Shown here: positions 1 to 12,100 of the stretch, in pieces
Numbering within the stretch: position 1 is the stretch's first letter
Layout of the letters: the number at the start of each line of letters is the position of its first letter
Assembly (NCBI GenBank): GCA_964247055.1
Contig: OZ176050.1
Span: 1,054,001 to 1,118,000 of the forward strand
DNA from: Paragordius varius
Taxonomy: Eukaryota; Animalia; Nematomorpha
Direction of reading: 5' to 3'
DNA: 64,000 bases
Position numbers and translations under genes: made by a program
Notes under the pieces: model-generated
The model's input: the letters and a program-made list of their open reading frames with translations, nothing else
What the model was told of the DNA's origin: nothing
Databases searched by the model: none

Positions 1-3000
1 ATTTAATTTAATTTAATTTTATTTTATTTTATTTTATTTTATTTTATTTTATTTTATTTTATTTTATTTTATTTTATTTTATTTTATTTTATTTTATTTT
101 ATTTTATTTTATTTTATTTTATTTTATTTTATTTTATTTTATTTTATTTTATTTTATTTTATTTTATTTTATTTTATTTTATTTAATTTAATTTAATTTT
201 ATTTTATTTTATTTTATTTTATTTTATTTTATTTTATTTAATTTTATTTTATTATTTTTAATTTAATTTAATTTTATTTTATTTTATTTTATTTAATTTT
301 ATTTTATTATTTTTAATTTAATTTAATTTTATTTTATTTTATTTTATTTTATTTTATTTTATTTTATTTTATTTTATTTTATTTTATTTTATTTTATTTT
401 ATTTTATTTTATTTTATTTTATTTTATTTTATTTTATTTTATTTTATTTTATTTTATTTTATTTTATTTTATTTTATTTATTTTATTTTATTTTATTTTA
501 TTTTATCTTTATTTTATTTTATTTTATTTAATTTTATTTAATTTTATTTTATTTTATTTTAATTTATTTTTATTTTATTTTATTTTATTTTATTTTATTT
601 TATTTTATTTTATTTTATTTTATTTTATTTTATTTTATTTTATTTTATTTTATTTTATTTTATTTTATTTTATTTTATTTTATTTTATTTTATTTTATTT
701 TATTTTATTTTATTTTATTTTATTTTATTTTATTTAATTTAATTTAATTTAATTTAATTTTATTTTATTTTATTTTATATAAATATAGTTATATTTTATT
801 TTATTTAATTTTATTTTATTTTATTTTATTTTATTTTATTTTATTTTATTTTATTTTATTTTATTTTATTTTATTTTATTTTATTTTATTTTATTTTATT
901 TTATTTTATTTTATTTTATTTTATTTTATTTTATTTTATTTTATTTATTTTATTTTATTTTATTTTATTTTATTTTATTTTATTTTATTTTATTTTATTT
1001 TATTTTATTTTATTTTATTTTATTTTATTATATTTTATTTTATTTTATTTTATTTTATTTTATTTTATTTTATTTTATTTTATTTGATTTTATTTTATTT
1101 TATTTTATTTTATTTTAATTTATTTTATTTATTTAATTTAATTTAATTTTATTTTATTTTATTTTATTTTATTTTATTTTATTTTATTTTATTTTATTTT
1201 ATTTTATTTTATTTTATTTTATTTTATTTTATTTTATTTTATTTTATTTTATTTTATTTTATTTTATTTTATTTTATTTTATTTTATTTTATTTTATTTT
1301 ATTTTATTTTATTTTATTTTATTTTATTTTATTTTATTTTATTTTTATTTTATTTAATTTTATTTTATTTTATTTTATTTTATTTTATTTTATTTTATTT
1401 TTATTTTATTTTATTTAATTTTATTTTATTTTATTTTATTTTATTTTATTTTATATAAATATAGTTATATTTTATTTTATTTAATTTTATTTTATTTTAT
1501 TTTATTTTATTTTATTTTATTTTATTTTATTTTATTTTATTTTATTTTATTTTATTTTATTTTATTTTATTTTATTTTATTTTATTTTATTTTATTTTAT
1601 TTTATTTTATTTTATTTTATTTTATTTTATTTTATTTTATTTTATTTTATTTTATTTTATTTTATTTATTTTATTTTATTTTATTTTATTTTATTTTATT
1701 TTATTTTATTTTATTTTATTTGATTTTATTTTATTTTATTTTATTTTATTTTAATTTATTTTATTTATTTAATTTAATTTAATTTTATTTTATTTTATTT
1801 TATTTTATTTTATTTTATTTTATTTTATTTTATTTTATTTTATTTTATTTTATTTTATTTTATTTTATTTTATTTTATTTTATTTTATTTTATTTTATTT
1901 TATTTTATTTTATTTTATTTTATTTTATTTTATTTAATTTTATTTTATTTTATTTAATTTTATTTTATTTTATATTAATTTAGTTATATTTTATTTTATT
2001 TTATTTAATTTTATTTTATTTTATTTTATTTTATTTTATTTTATTTTATTTTATTTTATTTTATTTTATTTTATTTTATTTTATTTTATTTTATTTTATT
2101 TTATTTTATTTTATTTTATTTTATTTAATTTTATTTTATTTTATTTTATATTATTTTATTTTATTTTATTTTATTTTATTTTATTTTATTTTATTTTATT
2201 TTATTTTATTTTATTTTTATTTTATTTTATTTTATTTTATTTTATTTTATTTTATTTTTATTTTATTTAATTTTATTTTATTTTATTTTATTTTATTTTA
2301 TTTTATTTTATTTTATTTATTTTATTTTATTTTATTTTATTTTATTTTTATTTTATTTTATTTTATTTAATTTTATTTTATTTTATTTTATTTTGTTTTA
2401 TTTTATTTTATTTTATTTTATTTTATTTTATTTTATTTTATTTTATTTTTATTATATTTAATTTTATTTTATTTTATTTTAATTTATTTTTATTTTATTT
2501 TATTTTATTTTATTTTATTTTATTTTATTTTATTTTATTTTATTTTATTTTATTTTATTTTATTTTATTTTATTTTATTTTATTTTATTTTATTTTATTT
2601 TATTTTATTTTATTTTATTTTATTTTATTTTATTTTATTTTATTTTATTTAATTTAATTTAATTTAATTTAATTTTATTTTATTTTATTTTATTTTATTT
2701 TATTTTATTTTATTTAATTTTATTTTATTATTTTTAATTTAATTTAATTTTATTTTATTTTATTTTATTTAATTTTATTTTATTATTTTTAATTTAATTT
2801 AATTTTATTTTATTTTATTTTATTTTATTTAATTTTATTTTATTTTATTTAATTTAATTTTATTTTATTTTATTTTATTTTTTTTTATTTTATTTTATTT
2901 TATTTTATTTTATTTTATTTTATTTTATTTTATTTAATTTAATTTTATTTTATTTTATATTAATTTAGTTATATTTTATTTTATTTTATTTAATTTTATT

Positions 3001-6000
3001 TTATTTTATATTATTTTATTTTATTTTTATTTTATTTTATTTTATTTTATTTTATTTTATTTTATTTTATTTTATTTTATTTTATTTTATTTTATTTTAT
3101 TTTATTTTATTTTATTTTATTTTATTTTATTTTATTTTATTTTATTTTATTTTATTTTATTTTATTTTATTTTATTTTATTTTATTTTATTTTATTTTAT
3201 TTTATTTTATTTTATTTTATTATATTTTATTTTATTTTATTTTATTTTATTTAATTTGATTTTATTTTATTTTATTTTATTTTATTTTAATTTATTTTAT
3301 TTTTAATTTAATTTAATTTAATTTTATTTTATTTTATTTTATTTTATTTTATTTTATTTTATTTTATTTTATTTTATTTTATTTTATTTTATTTTATTTT
3401 ATTTTATTTTATTTTATTTTATTTTATTTTATTTTATTTTATTTTATTTTATTTTATTTTATTTTATTTTATTTTATTTTATTTTATTTTATTTTATTTT
3501 ATTTTATTTTATTTTATTTTATTTAATTTAATTTAATTTAATTTAATTTAATTTAATTTAATTTAATTTAATTTAATTTAATTTTATTTTATTTTATTTT
3601 ATTTTATTTTATTTTATTTTATTTTATTTTATTTTATTTTATTTTATTTTATTTTATTTTATTTTATTTTATTTTATTTTATTTTATTTTATTTTATTTT
3701 ATTTTATTTAATTTAATTTAATTTAATTTAATTTAATTTAATTTAATTTAATTTAATTTTATTTTATTTTATTTTATTTTATTTTATTTTATTTTATTTA
3801 ATTTTATTTTATTATTTTTAATTTAATTTAATTTTATTTTATTTTATTTTATTTTATTTAATTTTATTTTATTATTTTTAATTTAATTTAATTTTATTTT
3901 ATTTTATTTTATTTTATTTTATTTTATTTTATTTTATTTTATTTTATTTTATATAAATATAGTTATATTTTATTTTATTTAATTTTATTTTATTTTATTT
4001 TATTTTATTTTATTTTATTTTATTTTATTTTATTTTATTTTATTTTATTTTATTTTATTTTATTTTATTTTATTTTATTTTATTTTATTTTATTTTATTT
4101 TATTTTAATTTATTTTATTTATTTAATTTAATTTAATTTAATTTTATTTTATTTTATTTTATTTTATTTTATTTTATTTTATTTTATTTTATTTTATTTT
4201 ATTTTATTTTATTTTATTTTATTTTATTTTATTTTATTTTATTTTATTTTATTTTATTTTATTTTATTTTATTTTATTTTATTTTATTTAATTTTATTTT
4301 ATTTTATTTAATTTTATTTTATTTTATATTAATTTAGTTATATTTTATTTTATTTTATTTTATTTAATTTTATTTTATTTTATTTTATTTTATTTTTATT
4401 ATATTTAATTTTATTTTATTTTATTTTAATTTATTTTTATTTTATTTAATTTTATTTTATTTTATTTTATTTTATTTTATTTTATTTTTTTTTTGTTATT
4501 TTATTTTATTTTATTTTATTTTATTTTATTTTATTTTATTTTATTTTATTTTATTTTATTTTATTTTATTTTATTTTATTTTATTTTAGCTTATTTTATT
4601 TTATTTATTTTATTTTATTTTATTTTATTTTATTTTATTTTATTTTATTTAATTTAATTTAATTTAATTTAATTTAATTTTATTTTATTTTATTTTATTT
4701 TATTTTATTTTATTTTATTTTATTTTATTTTATTATTTTTAATTTAATTTAATTTTATTTTATTTTATTTTATTTTATTTAATTTTATTTTATTATTTTT
4801 AATTTAATTTAATTTTATTTTATTTTATTTTATTTTATTTTATTTTATTTTATTTTATTTTATTTTATTTTATTTTATTTTATTTTATTTTATTTTATTT
4901 TATTTTATTTTATTTTATTTTATTTTATTTTATTTTATTTTATTTTATTTTTATTTTATTTAATTTTATTTTATTTTATTTTATTTTATTTTATTTTATT
5001 TTATTTTTATTTTATTTTATTTAATTTTATTTTATTTTATTTTATTTTATTTTATTTTATTTTTATTATATTTAATTTTATTTTATTTTATTTTAATTTA
5101 TTTTTATTTTATTTAATTTTATTTTATTTTATTTTATTTTAATTTATTTTATTTTATTTTATTTTATATAAATATAGTTATATTTTATTTTATTTTATTT
5201 TAGTTTAGTTTGTATTATTTTATTTTATTTTATTTTATTTTATTTTATTTTATTTTATTTTATTTTATTTTATTTTATTTTATTTTATTTTATTTTATTT
5301 TATTTTATATTATTTTATTTTATTTTATTTTATTTTATTTTATTTTATTTTATTTTTATTTTATTTTATTTTATTTTATTTTATTTTTATTTTATTTAAT
5401 TTTTTTTTATTTTATTTTATTTTATTTTATTTTATTTATTTTATTTTATTTTATTTTATTTTATTTTTATTTTATTTTATTTTATTTTATTTAATTTTAT
5501 TTTATTTTATTTTATTTTGTTTTATTTTATTTTATTTTATTTTATTTTATTTTATTTTATTTTATTTTATTTTATTTTATTTTTATTATATTTTATTTTA
5601 TTTTATTTTATTTTATTTTAATTTATTTTTATTTTATTTAATTTTATTTTATTTTATTTTATTTTATTTTATTTTATTTTATTTTATTTTATTTTATTTT
5701 ATTTTATTTTATTTTATTTATTTTATTTTATTTTATTTTATTTTTATTTTATTTTATTTTATTTTATTTAATTTTATTTTATTTTATTTTATTTTTTTTT
5801 TGTTATTTTATTTTATTTTATTTTATTTTATTTTATTTTATTTTATTTTATTTTATTTTATTTTATTTTTATTATATTTAATATTATTTTATTTTATTTT
5901 AATTTATTTTTATTTTATTTAATTTTATTTTATTTTATTTTATTTTATTTTATTTTATTTTATTTTATTTTATTTTATTTTATTTTATTTTATTTTATTT

Positions 6001-7927
6001 TATTTTATTTTATTTTATTTTATTTTATTTTATTTTATTTTATTTTATTTTAGCTTATTTTATTTTATTTTATTTTATTTTATTTTATTTTATTTTATTT
6101 TATTTTATATAAATATAGTTATATTTTATTTAATTTTATTTTAGTTTAGTTTGTATTATTTTATTTTATTTTATTTTATTTTATTTTATTTTATTTTATT
6201 TTATTTTATTTTATTTTATTTTATTTTATTTTATTTTATTTTATTTTATTTTATTTTATTTTATTTTATTTTATTTTATTTTATTTTATTTTATTTTATT
6301 TTAATTTATTTTTATTTTATTTAATTTCATTTTATTTTATTTTAATTTATTTTTATTTTATTTTATTTTATTTTATTTTATTTTATTTTATTTTATTTTA
6401 TTTTATTTTATTTATTTTATTTTATTTTATTTTATTTTATTTTTATTTTATTTTATTTAATTTTATTTTATTTTATTTTATTTTATTTTATTTTGTTTTA
6501 TTTTATTTTATTTTATTTTATTTTATTTTATTTTATTTTATTTTATTTTATTTTATTTTATTTTATTTTATTTTTATTATATTTAATTTAATTTTATTTT
6601 ATTTTATTTTAATTTATTTTTATTTTATTTAATTTTATTTTATTTTATTTTATTTTATTTTATTTTATTTTATTTTATTTTATTTTATTTTATTTTATTT
6701 TATTTTATTTTATTTTATTTATTTTATTTTATTTTATTTTTATTTTATTTTATTTTATTTAATTTTATTTTATTTTATTTTATTTTGTTTTATTTTATTT
6801 TATTTTATTTTATTTTATTTTATTTTATTTTATTTTATTCTATTTTATTTTATTTTATTTTATTTTATTTTATTTTATTTTATTTTATTTTTATTATATT
6901 TAATTTTATTTTATTTTATTTTAATTTATTTTTATTTTATTTAATTTTATTTTATTTTATTTTATTTTATTTTATTTTATTTTATTTTATTTTATTTTAT
7001 TTTAGCTTATTTTATTTTATTTTATTTTATTTTAATTTATTTTATTTTATTTTATATAAATATAGTTATATTTTATTTTATTTTATTTTAGTTTAGTTTG
7101 TATTATTTTATTTTATTTTATTTTATTTTATTTTATTTTATTTTATTTTATTTTATTTTATTTTATTATTTTATTTTAATTTATTTTTATTTTATTTAAT
7201 TTTATTTTATTTTATTTTATTTTATTTTAATTTATTTTTATTTTATTTTATTTTATTTTATTTTATTTTATTTTATTTTATTTTATTTTATTTTATTTTA
7301 TTTTATTTTATTTTATTTTATTTTATTTTATTTTATTTTATTTTATTTTTTATTTTATTTTATTTAATTTTATTTTATTTTATTTAATTTAATTTAATTT
7401 AATTTTATTTTATTTTATTTTATTTTATTTTATTTTATTTTATTTTATTTTATTTTATTTTATTTTATTTTATTTTATTTTATTTTATTTTATTTTATTT
7501 TATTTTATTTTATTTTATTTTATATTATTTTATTTTATTTTATTTTATTTTATTTTTATTTTATTTAATTTTATTTTATTTTATTTTATTTTATTTTATT
7601 TTATTTTATTTTATTTTATTTTATTTTATTTTATTTTATTTTAATTTATTTTTATTTTATTTAATTTTATTTTATTTTATTTTATTTTATTTTAATTTAT
7701 TTTAATTTTATTTTATTTTATTTTATTTTATTTTATTTATTTTATTTTATTTTATTTTATTTTATTTTATTTAATTTTATTTTATTTTATTTTATATTAT
7801 TTTATTTTATTTTATTTTATTTTATTTTATTTTATTTTATTTTATTTTATTTTATTTTATTTTATTTTATTTTATTTTATTTTATTTTATTTTATTTTAT
7901 TTTATTTTATTTTATTTTATTTTATAT
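1..7927. repeat. Simple pentamer satellite (ATTTT)n / (AAAAT)n with interspersed (ATTTA)n patches
   Basis: Near-continuous ATTTT reiteration, about 80% T on the + strand, with only rare G or C bases. It extends past the left window edge. Confidence 0.99.
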
Positions 7928-7936
7928 AAATATAGT
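777..7936 (+). repeat. Recurrent 18-bp marker motif in the pentamer array: ATATAAATATAGTTATAT (form A) or ATATTAATTTAGTTATAT (form B)
   Basis: Form A starts at 777, 1453, 3951, 5166, 6107 and 7054, and is truncated at 7924. Form B starts at 1972, 2957 and 4326. Confidence 0.93.
3521..3584. repeat. (ATTTA)n sub-block within the pentamer satellite
   Basis: About 12 consecutive ATTTA units. Similar patches occur at about 1-15, 2646-2670, 3706-3759, 4650-4680 and 7385-7405. Confidence 0.95.
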
Positions 7937-8683
7937 AGATAGTTTGACAAACTCTTTCATATCCGATTTTTACAACGATACTTTAAAAATTAATGTATAA
8001 AACTAGTCGTATCATTAAATCGTATCAATACTCAAGTTAAACTTTGTCCTTAAAAATCGGATATTGGTCACCGGTGAACAAAATTATTTTTTATACATTC
8101 TCTTAGTAGGACTACATCAAAATATAGAGATAGTTTGGCAAACTCTTTCTTATCCGATTTTTACAACGATACTTTAAAAATTATGGAATTAAACCAGTCG
8201 CATCAATACTCAAGTTAAACTTTGTCCTTAAAAATCGGATATTGGTCACCGGTGAACAAAACTATTTTTTATACATTCTCTTAGTAAGACTACATCAAAA
8301 TATAGAGATAGTTTGACAAACTCTTTCATATCCGATTTTTACAACAATTCTTTAAAAATTAATGTATTAAACTAGTCGCATCAAAACTCAAGTTAAACTT
8401 TATCCTTAAAAATCAGATATTGGTCACCGGTGAACAAAATTATTTTTTATACATTCTCTTAGTAGGACTACATCAAAATATAGAGATAGTTTGGCAAACT
8501 CTTTCATATCCGATTTTTACAACGATACTTTAAAAATTATGGTATTAAACCAGTCGCATCAATACTCAAGTTAAACTTTGTCCTTAAAAATCAGATATTG
8601 GTCACCGGTGAACAAAATTATTTTTTATACATTCTCTTAGTAGGACTACATCAAAATATAGAGATAGTTTGGCAAACTCTTTC

Positions 8684-8776
8684 ATATCCGATTTTTACAA
8701 CGATACTTTAAAAATTATGGTATTAAACCAGTCGCATCAATACTCAAGTTAAACTTTGTCCTTAAAAATCGGATAT
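8684..8776. repeat. 14-bp perfect inverted repeat inside the monomer (ATATCCGATTTTTA ... TAAAAATCGGATAT), 65-bp spacer
   Basis: Arms at 8684-8697 and 8763-8776 are exact reverse complements. The pair is present in most monomers. Confidence 0.95.
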
Positions 8777-8779
8777 TGG

Positions 8780-8789
8780 TCACCGGTGA
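8780..8789. repeat. 10-bp palindrome TCACCGGTGA (contains AgeI and SgrAI sites, overlaps a BstEII site), once per monomer
   Basis: Self-complementary by inspection and present in the large majority of monomers. Confidence 0.95.
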
Positions 8790-8830
8790 ACAAAACTATT
8801 TTTTATACATTCTCTTAGTAAGACTACATC

Positions 8831-9008
8831 AAAATATAGAGATAGTTTGACAAACTCTTTCATATCCGATTTTTACAACGATACTTTAAAAATTAATGTA
8901 TTAAACTAGTCGCATCAATACTTAAGTTATACTTTGTCCTTAAAAATCGGATATTGGTCACCGGTGAACAAAATTATTTTTTATACATCCTCATAGTAAG
9001 ACTACATC
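8831..9008 (+). repeat. Representative near-consensus 178-bp monomer
   Basis: Runs from AAAATATAG at 8831 to the next AAAATATAG at 9009. Confidence 0.95.
8844..8856. repeat. 13-bp odd palindrome AGTTTG-A-CAAACT, once per monomer
   Basis: 6-bp arms around a central base. A common variant changes only the central A to G. Confidence 0.93.
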
Positions 9009-9145
9009 AAAATATAGAAATAGTTTGACAAACTCTTTCATATCCGATATTACAACGATAAAGCTAAACATTGTCCTTAAAAATCGGATATTGGTCACCG
9101 GTGAACAAAACTATTTTTTATACATTCTCATTAAGACTACATCAA
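9009..9145 (+). repeat. 137-bp deletion-variant monomer (junction CAACGATA|AAGCTAAAC)
   Basis: A 40-bp internal deletion plus a 1-bp loss; landmark spacing 8941 to 9078 is 137. I counted 16 junctions, near 9060, 10804, 13964, 15546, 17306, 17988, 18303, 18618, 19490, 19805, 21737, 25136, 26882, 45024, 50666 and 61561. Confidence 0.95.
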
Positions 9146-12100
9146 AATATAGAGATAGTTTGACAAACTCTTTCATATCCGATTTTTACAGCGATACTTT
9201 AAAAATTAATGTATTAAACTAGTCGCATCAATACTCAAGTTAAACTTTGTCCTTAAAAATCGGATATTGGTCCCCGGTGAACAAAATTATTTTTTATACA
9301 TTCTCTTAGTAAGACTACATCAAAATATAGAGATAGTTTGACAAACTCTTTCATATCCGATTTTTACAACGATACTTTAAAAATTATGGTATTAAACCAG
9401 TCGCATCAATACTCAAGTATAACTTTGTCCTTAAAAATCGGATATTGGTCACCGGTGAACAAAATTATTTTATATACATTCTCTTAGTAAGACTACATCA
9501 AAATATAGAGATAGTTTGACAAACTCTTTCATATCCGATTTTTACAACGATACTTTAAAAATTAATGTATAAAACTAGTCGCATCAATACTCAAGCTAAA
9601 CATTGTCCTTAAAAATCGGATATTGGTCACCGGTGAACAAAACTATTTTTTATACATTCTCTTAGTAAGACTACATCATTATATAGAGATAGTTTGACAA
9701 ACTCTTTCATATCCGATTTTTACAACGATATTTAAAAATTAGTGTATAAAACTAGTCGTATCAATAAATAGCATCAATACTCAAGTTAAACTTTGTCCTT
9801 AAAAATCGGATATTGGTCACCGATGAACAAAACTATTTTTTATACATTCTCTTAGTAGGACTACATCAAAGAGATAGTTTGGCAAACTCTTTCATATCCG
9901 ATTTTTACAGCGATACTTTAAAAATTAATGTATTAAACTAGTCGCATCAATACTCAAGTTAAACTTTGTCCTTAAAAATCGGATATTGGTCACCGGTGAA
10001 CGAAACTATTTTTTATACATTCTCTTAGTAGGACTACATCAAAATATAGAGATAGTTTGGCAAACTCTTTCATATCCGATTTTTACAGCGATACTTTAAA
10101 AATTAATGTATAAAACTAGTCGCATCAATACTCAAGTTAAATTTTGTCCTTAAAAATGGGATATTGGTCACCGGTGAACAAAACTATTTTTTATACATTC
10201 TCTTAGTAAGACTACATCAAAATATAGAGATAGTTTGACAAACTATTTCATATCCGATTTTTACAACGATACTTTAGAAATTAATGTATTAAACTAGTCG
10301 CATCAATACTCAAGTTAAACTTTGTCCTTAAAAATCGGATATTGGTCACCGGTGAACAAAACTATTTTTTTTACATTCTCTTAGTAAGACTACATCAAAA
10401 TATAGAGATAGTTTGACAAACTCTTTCATATCCGATTTTTACAGCGATACTTTAAAAATTAATGTATTAAACTAGTCGCATCAATACTCAAGTTAAACTT
10501 TGTCCTTAAAAATCGGATATTGGTCACCGGTGAACGAAACTATTTTTTATACATTCTCTTAGTAGGACTACATCAAAATATAGAGATAGTTTGGCCAACT
10601 CTTTCATATCCGATTTTTACAACGATACTTTAAAAATTAATGTATAAAACTAGTCGCATCAATACTCAAGTTAACATTTGTCCTTAAAAATCGGATATTG
10701 GTCACCGGTGAACAAAATTATTTTTTATACATTCTCATAGTAAGACTACATCAAAATATAGAAATAGTTTGACAAACTCTTTCATATCCGATATTACAAC
10801 GATAAAGCTAAACATTGTCCTTAAAAATCGGATATTGGTCACCGGTGAACAAAACTATTTTTTATACATTCTCATTAAGACTACATCAAAATATAGAAAT
10901 AGTTTGACAAACTCTTTCATATCCGATTTTTACAGCGATACTTTAAAAATTAATGTATTAAACTAGTCGCATCAATACTCAAGTTAAACTTTGTCCTTAA
11001 AAATCGGATATTGGTCACCGGTGAACAAAATTATTTTTTATACATTCTCTTAGTAAGACTACATCAAAATATAGAGATAGTTTGACAAACTCTTTCATAT
11101 CCGATTTTTACAACGATACTTTAAAAATTATGGTATTAAACCAGTCGCATCAATACTCACGTATAACTTTGTCCTTAAAAATCGGATATTGGTCACTGGT
11201 GAACAAAATTATTTTATATACATTCTCTTAGTAAAACTACATCAAAATACAGAGATAGTTTGACAAACTCTTTCATATCCGATTTTTACAACGATACTTT
11301 AAAAATTAATGTATAAAACTAGTCGCATCAATACTCAAGCTAAACATTGTCCTTAAAAATCGGATATTGGTCACCGGTGAACAAAACTATTTTTTATACA
11401 TTCTCTTAGTAAGACTACATCATTATATAGAGATAGTTTGACAAACTCTTTCATATCCGATTTTTACAACGATATTTAAAAATTAATGTATAAAACTAGT
11501 CGTATCAATACTCAAGTTATTTGTCCTTAAAAATCGGATATTGGTCACCGGTGAACAAAATTATTTTTTATACATTCTCTTAGTACGACTACATCAAAAT
11601 ATAGAGATAGTTTGACAAACTCTTTCATATCCGATTTTTACAACGATACTTTAAAAATTATGGTATTAAACCAGTCGCATCAATACTCACGTATAACTTT
11701 GTCCTTAAAAATCGGATATTGGTCACCGGTGAACAAAATTATTTTATATACATTCTCTTAGTAAAACTACATCAAAATATAGAGATAGTTTGACAAACTC
11801 TTTCATATCCGATTTTTACAACGATACTTTAAAAATTAATGTATAAAACTAGTCGCATCAATACTCAAGCTAAACATTGTCCTTAAAAATCGGATATTGG
11901 TCACCGGTGAACAAAACTATTTTTTATACATTCTCTTAGTAAGACTACATCATTATATAGAGATAGTTTGACAAACTCTTTCATATCCGATTTTTACAAC
12001 GATATTTAAAAATTAATGTATAAAACTAGTCGTATCAATACTCAAGTTATTTGTCCTTAAAAATCGGGTATTGGTCCCCGGTGAACAAAATTATTTTTTA

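Noticed and set aside
5210-7096. ORFs 5210-5494 and 6785-7096 encoding (FYFIL)n
   Set aside because: A 5-bp repeat without stop codons translates to this periodic peptide in any frame. Both ORFs start at TTG. There is no coding evidence.
5201-7105. AGTTTAGTTTG motif as a degenerate telomere repeat
   Set aside because: There are only two short units in each of three places, with no TTAGG, TTAGGG or TTTAGGG tract.
1-7927. Pentamer block as a retrotransposon poly(A) tail, an AU-rich RNA element or a giant-intron satellite
   Set aside because: No retroelement body, splice context or transcription evidence lies within the window, so these ideas cannot be supported here.
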